Part shown: piece by piece, positions 7,903 through 14,800 of the stretch
How the letters are laid out: each line of letters starts with the position of its first letter
Numbering within the stretch: position 1 is the first letter of the stretch
DNA from: a virus
Lineage: Duplodnaviria > Heunggongvirae > Uroviricota > Caudoviricetes
Direction: 5' to 3' (one strand)
Virus record (IMG/VR): IMGVR_UViG_3300004481_001615
DNA length: 30,771 bases
Notes under the pieces: generated by a model
Told to the model about the DNA's origin: nothing
What the model saw: only the letters and a program-made list of their open reading frames with translations
The model's database searches: none
Position numbers and translations under genes: made by a program

Positions 7903-8088
7903 CCTTTCTTTAAGTCTTATACCATGTTTCCAAATAACAACGTCTTCTAATGACATTGCGTTCTTTGAAGAAGTGTAAACATATTCTATTTCGAAACTAT
8001 GTCCCTTCTTGCTTACAGTGAAAGCTGACCATGACTCTCCTTTATCAAGTGCTTTTTTAATTTCCTTAATAAGTTGTTCTTTATTCAT
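7900..8088 (-). CDS. Hypothetical protein (62 aa)
   Basis: GGTGAATGAAGAATG SD/junction variant upstream. Confidence 0.75.
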   Translation of the reverse strand: MNKEQLIKEIKKALDKGESWSAFTVSKKGHSFEIEYVYTSSKNAMSLEDVVIWKHGIRLKER

Positions 8089-8108
8089 TCTTCATTCACC
8101 ATCTGAAA

Positions 8109-8555
8109 CTACCATGGTTCTATTCTATTAAGCCTATTTTCAAATTCGAGATTTGTTTTTTTAAGAAGAGTAATCTCTTTATTGAGGTCCTCGATATAAC
8201 TAATAACAAGTCGTAACGCTTCATCGGTATGGTTCGCCGGATATAGTAACTTTTTCGCTTCCTCTAGACTAAAAAAGACATGACGAATGCTCGGTTTCTT
8301 TATTGTAAGTTCTTTGGGACCAATATGGTTGATTTTGATGTCTTCTGCGGGTGATATCTTAACCTTCAGTGCTAACCATTTTTCGAACGCAGTAGAGTAG
8401 TGACCATTAATAAAACCATCGTAAGACCGTTTACCTATTATAGCGTTTGCTAACTCATTGCCGATAAGAATCGAGGCTTTTTCGTTCGCTACTTCTTCAA
8501 GATACTCCACGCGTAAGTAAACAACTTTCTTTCTGCTCATGACAATTACTCCCAT
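8109..8555 (-). CDS. Hypothetical protein with C-terminal coiled coil (alternative start 8540)
   Basis: Operon member; YIEDLNKEITLLKKTNLEFENRL. Confidence 0.75.
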   Translation of the reverse strand: MGVIVMSRKKVVYLRVEYLEEVANEKASILIGNELANAIIGKRSYDGFINGHYSTAFEKWLALKVKISPAEDIKINHIGPKELTIKKPSIRHVFFSLEEAKKLLYPANHTDEALRLVISYIEDLNKEITLLKKTNLEFENRLNRIEPW

Positions 8556-8806
8556 TTATCCTTCGTTGATTGTTTTAGAACATATCCCTTATGCTCTTTG
8601 ACCCACCCCACGGTCGAGATGCCACGATTCCATACCCAATTTAGACTGCTATCGATTAAGCCACCCGCTCTCTTGGCTACCTCAATCAGTACGATTGTGA
8701 GCACAACACCCAATAAGAGCCACTTCACTAGGTTATAGAAACCGTCATCGTCTTCCATCTTCTCTAACGCCCACTCTGCGAGAGATTGAACGTCATATTT
8801 ACTCAA
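8546..8806 (-). CDS. Single-TM hypothetical protein (TTG start)
   Basis: LVKWLLLGVVLTIVLIEVA. Confidence 0.7.
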   Translation of the reverse strand: MSKYDVQSLAEWALEKMEDDDGFYNLVKWLLLGVVLTIVLIEVAKRAGGLIDSSLNWVWNRGISTVGWVKEHKGYVLKQSTKDKWE

Positions 8807-8835
8807 ATTTCCAACATCCCTTTATCCATTACCAT
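8803..8835 (-). CDS. Possible 10-aa leader ORF MVMDKGMLEI
   Basis: ATG 31 nt after the promoter TATA; its TGA overlaps the TTG start at 8806 (TTGA). Confidence 0.35.
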   Translation of the reverse strand: MVMDKGMLEI

Positions 8836-8865
8836 TCTTCTCTGATAAAGCATATATCCAAGACA

Positions 8866-8881
8866 TTTATAAATGTTATGA
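8866..8881 (-). promoter_or_regulatory. Conserved promoter module copy (TCATAACA-TTTATAAA) heading the small-gene operon
   Basis: Exact tttataaatgttatga; contains the TAA stop of 8876-10864; 14-bp palindrome acatttataaatgt at 8863-8876. Confidence 0.85.
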
Positions 8882-10864
8882 TAAATGACGTCTATGCCCC
8901 ATCACCTCTAGTATGGTGTCTATCTCGGAGAGAACGAGGAGAACAACCACAACAACAACAAATGAGGTAGCATAGTTTGTTAGTACTGTTGTGTTACTCA
9001 GCCATAGAGAGTCAAAGAACTCTGGGAGAATCCACCTATTCAAACCGAACCTACTCAGTGCCTCAATAAACCGATTCATACCTACACCATTGACCGACGT
9101 CATAGTGTAACCGAGTAATCGATTAGTTGAAATGAGCATATTGGAGATTAACCCGAGTAGAAACAGTGCAGTATAGGAGAGTATATAAGGTCTAGTCTTA
9201 AAAAACCTCACGGCACCCAGAATGAAGGGCACTGAGATTAGGGGAAGTATAGGTAAAAGATATCTCCCAGGAGGTGCTAACCACCCATTCCAGTATGTTG
9301 AGGCCGAAATTGCACCGACCCAGAAGATAATAAACGCTATGGTGAGATAAGTGCCGGTCTCTCTCAAAGAGATTAATCTAGTGACCCCTAGTAGAGCAAG
9401 AATTAAGATTGGACCGTAAAATAAGATGCCACAATTATAATCTAAGAACAGACCAACAGCACTCAAGATAAACTCTTTATTTACGTTATAGCCAAATAAG
9501 GGTATTGTTTTAACACCTACATCACCAATATAGGCACCAAGCATCACAATACTATTAAAACCAACATAGAGATAAGTGTGGATGTAAAATAGTGTGAAGG
9601 GAAATATAAGGGCAATAACCGAGTATAACTGTTTCTTGTTCTTTATCGAGGTTATGAGTAGGATGATTATCGAGAGTACGGTGAGATACATTGCTTGATA
9701 TTTGAAGAAGGGTAGCACCCCAAAGGAGAATCCAGCTATCAGATAATCCGACCTAGATTCAGCAGTGTAAATCTTGTACATACCGAGGATGATGAAGAAG
9801 GCTAAGACAGGTTCAGAAAAGACTTGACCTGACCAGACAAACAAAAGGGTTGAAAGTGCGAAAGCACCAGCGGTGAGCAGTGAAGCAAGCATATTACCCT
9901 TACTTAGATATAGGGATAACTTGTAGATTATTGACACTGTACCTGCCATCAACAGGCACATAAAGATTAAGACCCCAGCAGTACTCGAGTAGAGGAGGTG
10001 CTCACCTAGGAAGTAAGGGATAGCTAAAAGCACTGGTAAGCCTATGGGGTGCTTGAAAATCTCTGTCCCGTTGTTGAGCAGACCACCACTGATTTTTGTG
10101 TGCCGGTACTGGTTGGGTTCGTATATTGAGTCTGGACTCATATCACCTCGGAGGAATGCTGAGGTCGCCACGATGTAGTGGGGTTCATCACCAGTCAGGT
10201 AGAACCCACGGTACGGGTCAGCTTTCAGCCAAGGAGCATAGTTCATAAATAGAGCAGAAGTGTAGATAACAGCTATAACGAAAAAGAGGATATGTGAGAG
10301 TTGCTTTTGATTAGACGTCAATTTTTGTAATACAAACTCTCTATAGTACCACATCAATGGCAAGAGTGCTAGGAACGTGATACAGATTATGGTGATACTA
10401 TCTATGGAGATAAACTGTGGTAGATAAACACTCTTCCCCGCGTTTATCCTGGTTTTTAGTGGTCGGGTAATACCTGACGATATTTTGGTTCCGTTGGGTG
10501 TAGTGTAGTCGAAGACACAAGCAAAATCCCCTGACTCTCCGACCTGAGCATTATCTGGAACAGCAATCTCTATCTGTTGATTGTATGTCTCACTTGGATT
10601 GATGGTGATATTACATCTCAATATACTAAAGATATTTGGACCCATCCAGCTGTGATGTATCAGGATGTTATTGATGTGGATGTTCTCCACCATGTTGTTT
10701 GTTATTTTTATCGTCGCGTATGAGGAGTATCCCTGATAAAGACCTTCATCCCATACCCACTCAACTGCTAGGTTCGGCTCAGAGAGAACGGGCATAATGG
10801 AAAAAAGAATCAGAGTGAAGAGAAGCATGAAGGGTAGTTTGGTGGTCTTCACTTTATCCACCAA
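8876..10864 (-). CDS. GT-C fold (GT39/ArnT-like) membrane glycosyltransferase fused to an N-terminal Ig-like domain (alternative GTG start 10852)
   Basis: Signal/TM, beta-rich domain (ATIKITNN...INPSETYNQQIEIAVP), then about 12 TM segments with the GDEPHY acidic loop, KHPIGLP, FSEP and FFKYQ. Confidence 0.75.
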   Translation of the reverse strand: MVDKVKTTKLPFMLLFTLILFSIMPVLSEPNLAVEWVWDEGLYQGYSSYATIKITNNMVENIHINNILIHHSWMGPNIFSILRCNITINPSETYNQQIEIAVPDNAQVGESGDFACVFDYTTPNGTKISSGITRPLKTRINAGKSVYLPQFISIDSITIICITFLALLPLMWYYREFVLQKLTSNQKQLSHILFFVIAVIYTSALFMNYAPWLKADPYRGFYLTGDEPHYIVATSAFLRGDMSPDSIYEPNQYRHTKISGGLLNNGTEIFKHPIGLPVLLAIPYFLGEHLLYSSTAGVLIFMCLLMAGTVSIIYKLSLYLSKGNMLASLLTAGAFALSTLLFVWSGQVFSEPVLAFFIILGMYKIYTAESRSDYLIAGFSFGVLPFFKYQAMYLTVLSIIILLITSIKNKKQLYSVIALIFPFTLFYIHTYLYVGFNSIVMLGAYIGDVGVKTIPLFGYNVNKEFILSAVGLFLDYNCGILFYGPILILALLGVTRLISLRETGTYLTIAFIIFWVGAISASTYWNGWLAPPGRYLLPILPLISVPFILGAVRFFKTRPYILSYTALFLLGLISNMLISTNRLLGYTMTSVNGVGMNRFIEALSRFGLNRWILPEFFDSLWLSNTTVLTNYATSFVVVVVVLLVLSEIDTILEVMGHRRHLS

Positions 10865-10950
10865 CAGATTTTACAGTACAGTGGGTCAAAACCCCTCGAG
10901 CATAAACAGTAGCTGTTGTAGAGCCTAAAGATTATACAGGGACCACACAT
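10849..10950 (-). CDS. Cys-rich micro-protein, 33 aa (not in track): MCGPCIIFRLYNSYCLCSRGFDPLYCKICWWIK
   Basis: ATG exactly 24 nt after the promoter TATA; six Cys (CxxC, CxC, CxxC); TGA overlaps the GTG at 10852. Confidence 0.55.
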   Translation of the reverse strand: MCGPCIIFRLYNSYCLCSRGFDPLYCKICWWIK

Positions 10951-10973
10951 TGATAGATTAAAAAGAAGAATGA

Positions 10974-10989
10974 TTTATAAATGTTATGA
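10974..10989 (-). promoter_or_regulatory. Conserved promoter module copy
   Basis: Exact tttataaatgttatga, directly abutting the TAA of 10990-11400. Confidence 0.85.
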
Positions 10990-11400
10990 TTAGAGCACTG
11001 GCTGGAGACAACACGTGACTTTTTCCATAATCTCTAACCATGTTATAGACTCTGGGGTTGTTATCTCAACTGCATGAGCTAAAAAGTATGGTATAGGTAG
11101 AGATGTGTTCCTACCGTATTTGAAGGGTGACCACCTATCTATCTTCCATTCAGGGAATTTAGTTTTGAGTCTTTTATGGACATTATAGTAACCCAAGTCA
11201 TCTTTGGTATGGAAGATAAAGTATTTCGACCTAGCCTCTGCAGAGGAGATACCGGAGAGAGACCAAATCCAGAAAAAGATTTTATCATCTATGAGTAGTT
11301 TCCACTCTTCTTCTGACCCCTCTGGATGAACTGGATAGAGTTGTTGATTTTGTCTAGCTCTCATTGCCTTTCTCTGCGATGCTGTTGGTACATAGTTCAT
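10990..11400 (-). CDS. Hypothetical protein (136 aa)
   Basis: Starts 1 nt after the upstream stop; no family recognised. Confidence 0.7.
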   Translation of the reverse strand: MNYVPTASQRKAMRARQNQQLYPVHPEGSEEEWKLLIDDKIFFWIWSLSGISSAEARSKYFIFHTKDDLGYYNVHKRLKTKFPEWKIDRWSPFKYGRNTSLPIPYFLAHAVEITTPESITWLEIMEKVTCCLQPVL

Positions 11401-11401
11401 T

Positions 11402-11815
11402 TTAACGTCCCTTCCTTAACATAGCGGCACATGCCCCACCCAAGAAGACAAAGAATACAACAACATAAACCATAGCATCTTGTAGAGTTGATGGGAAGAA
11501 TGTAGCATCTGAGAGGATACCAGCACCGTGGAGACTGTAAACAGTGTAGGCAACAACGATTCCTATTCCCATCACCGCCCCACCGATAAATAGGGGACTA
11601 CGTGCCTCTCGAGCAATCCACGCACATACAATAAAGCCAAACATTGATGGTGACAGAGATATAAGTGTGTTGGTCATATCAGATGTGAAGCCGAAGGTTG
11701 TGCCGGCATACATCAAAAACATTATACCAGCAAACATCACAACTAGTAAAATAACTAGAGATTGAACGCCAACTATATTGCCCATAAACGAGCCCCGATA
11801 TCTTCTTTTAACCAT
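11402..11815 (-). CDS. Four-TM hydrophobic protein; possible virion/envelope structural protein
   Basis: Basic N-terminus (MVKRRYRG) followed by two hydrophobic hairpins; ATG directly after the giant ORF stop. Confidence 0.75.
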   Translation of the reverse strand: MVKRRYRGSFMGNIVGVQSLVILLVVMFAGIMFLMYAGTTFGFTSDMTNTLISLSPSMFGFIVCAWIAREARSPLFIGGAVMGIGIVVAYTVYSLHGAGILSDATFFPSTLQDAMVYVVVFFVFLGGACAAMLRKGR

Positions 11816-14800
11816 TTATCTTCTCCTCTTACTAAATATCATTCCTATTACGAAGATTACCACTGGGACACATATCAGCCACCATGGTAACCCACCGTTC
11901 GGGATTACACCAACCACACTTGTTGAGATTAAACTTGTTGATGTTGACACAATACTCGTTGCGATTGTGGTACTCGTCACGCCTGCTACCACCGTCGTGG
12001 ATGTGCTACATGTAGTGGTGCACGTATCGGTCGTTGTGCACGTGGTTGTGGTCGTTTTGTATGTGCTTGTATTCGTCGAACAAGTTGTTTGGCACGATGT
12101 GGTCGTCACGATACTCGTTTCGCAACTTGTGGTGCACGATTGAGTAGTGGTGCACGTTGTTACACAACTTGATGTACATGTCGTAGTCGAGGTCTTGAAA
12201 GTTGAGCAGGTAGTGGTACATGTAACTGATGTTTCGACAGAGGTGGTACACGTCGTTGTACTGGTTTCTGATGTCTCATAGCTTGTTGTACATGTAGTAG
12301 TACAACTCTCAGATGTTTCTGTCGATGTCTCGCATAATGTGGTTGAGACCATTGAGGTATCTGTTGAGCAGGTGGTCGTGCTTGTCTTTGAGGTCTCAAT
12401 AGATGATGTACATGTGGTTGTGCTCGAAATACTAATGTACGTAGCTGTTGTTGTTGTACATGTGTCCACTGTTTCAGTAGAAGTTTCGCATGTGGTTTGA
12501 CACTCTGTCGTGTGAGTTACTGTCTCTGTTTCACATGTTGTTTCTGTTTCTGTTTCTGTAATTGTCTTGCAGGTGGTCGTAGATGTATCAGATGTTTCTA
12601 TTGAGGTTGAGCACGTCGATGTGCACGTGACGGAGGTCTCTGTTGATGTTGTACAAGTAGTAGTACAGGTCTCATTTGTTTCTGTCTCTGTTGTGCATGT
12701 GGTCGTACATGACTCTGATATTACGGTTTCTGTCAAACAGGTTGTGGTGCATAAATCAGATACAATTGTTTCTGTTTCACAGGACGTAGTACAAGAATCA
12801 CTCACTTCTGTTTCTGTAGAGCACAATGAGGTACAGGTCGTTGTGGATACTCTCGACGTGGTACAGGTGCTTGTGCACGTTGCTTCTGTTTCTGTATCTG
12901 TTGTGCAAGTTGAGGTGCAGGTATTAATTGTCACTGATTCTGTGCCACAGGTTGTCGTGCTACTCTCGGAGGTTTTAGTAGATGTTGTACAGGTTGTTGT
13001 AGAAACTTCTTCCTCTTTTGTTGTTGTAGAACATGTTGTGGTACTACTTTTCGACGTGCTTGTGGAGGTCGTGCAGGTAGATGTACACGTGCTGATAATT
13101 TCAGTTGATGAGGTACATGTCGTTGTGCAGAATGAGGACGATACTATTGTTGTATCACATGTTGTGGTGCTTGTCTCTGAGGTTTCTCTGAGCGTCGTGC
13201 ACGTAGTGGTACTCGTTTCTGAGGTTTCTACAGTGGTTGAACAGGTTGTAGTACATGATGTTTCGGTTTCTGTCTCAGTCACTGTTGAGCATGTAGATGT
13301 GCATGTAGTAGAGGATTTTACTGATGTTGTGCAGGTTGTGGTGCACATCTCATCTGTTTCAACAGAGGTTTCACAAGTAGTTGAGAGTAGTGTTGTAGAC
13401 GTAATAGATGTATCTGTCTCACATGTTGTGGTCGTGGTTTGTGATGTCTCGATAGAGGTCGTGCAAGTTGAGGTACAGGTTTGTGATGTCTCTCTTGATG
13501 TTGTGCACGTGGTAGTGCTGGTCTTTATCGTTGTTTTCGAGGTGGTACAGGTTGTTTCACATTCTGTAGAGGACACAATAGATGTGTCGCAAGTGGTGGT
13601 GCTTGTCTCAGAGGTCTCTGTTGAGGTAGTACATGTTGATGTACAGGTATTGAGTGTTTCGGTTTCGGTAGCACATGTTGTGGTACAAGAGTTCGATGTA
13701 CTAACGGTCGTAGAACAAGTGGTGGTACATGTATTGATAGATTTTACAGTTGTAGAACATGTGGTGGTACATGTATCACTACTCACAATGGTCGTTGAGC
13801 ATAGGGTTGTGCACATAGCGTCTGTCTTTATCGATGTTGAGCAGGTAGTGGTACTTGTGGCGTCTGTCTCTCTCTGGGTTGTGCATGTGGTGGTGCTTGT
13901 CTGAGATGTTTTTCTAGATGTGGTGCACGTAGTAGTACTTGTTTGGGATGTTTCACTATCTGTCTCACATTCGGTAGTAGATGAAATTGATGTAGCACAG
14001 ATAGTTGTGGATTCTGTGGACGATTTAATTGTAGTATCACATGTTGTGGTCGAGGCTGTTGAAGATTTAATTGTTGTGTCGCAGGTGGTAGTTGAAACAG
14101 TTGAGGATTTGATAGTTGTGTCGCAGGTGGTAGTCGAGGCTGTAGAAGACTCTATGGTTGTGTCGCAGATTGTTGTGGATTCGGTTGATGACTCAATAGT
14201 GGTATCACAAGTCGTTGTGGAAGCGGTTGAGGATTTGACAGTAGTATCACATGTGGTCGTAGATGAGGTGGAGGATATCACGGTCGTTTCGCTCGTGGTA
14301 GTAGAAATTGTGATGGAACTCTCCGTAGTGCTACATGTTGTACTTGATGAAATCGAGGTAACAAACGAGGACGTGCACGTTGTGGTCGATGTCTTAGCCG
14401 TTGTGCACGTGGTTGTGCTCGTCGATGAGGTAACCGACTGAGTAATAGATGTCTGTGTCACTGTTGCTAACGGGTCAACGATAATTAAGATAACGGTCCA
14501 GATTGTGATTGAATTGGTTGCAGAACTCTCGGTTGAGAGAATTGTTGTCGTTATTGTTGAGTGAGAAACTCCTGGTTTAAAGTAACCCATGACAAAATGA
14601 ACGTCTGTTGAACCAAATTCTGCCCAAACCTCAACAATACCATTAGCAGGATTACTGTTCACCGATACAGAGTATCCGTTAAACTCAGCATTATTTGCTA
14701 GGTCTGCTCCTTCTGACTCGTGGACATCAATGTATCTGACAAGAGCACTACCATCTGGCCGTACACCCTGTGTTCCTTCTGCACTCAACCCACCAAATAA

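Noticed and set aside
184-7950. Opposite-strand track ORFs (e.g. 184-480, 1241-1573, 1644-1973, 3006-3227, 3408-3806, 4057-4305, 5046-5399, 5290-5550, 5456-5767, 6361-6663, 6978-7274, 7547-7777)
   Set aside because: They fully overlap better-supported genes on the other strand, have Ser/Leu/Phe-biased shadow composition, and lack expression signals.
12567-14441. Long Val-rich plus-strand ORFs (445 aa and 173 aa)
   Set aside because: Shadow frames. In this register Thr (ACN) reads as Val, Ser (TCN) as Asp/Glu and Cys as His/Gln, and stops need Tyr/His/Gln codons, which are rare in the repeat. No promoter module or SD.
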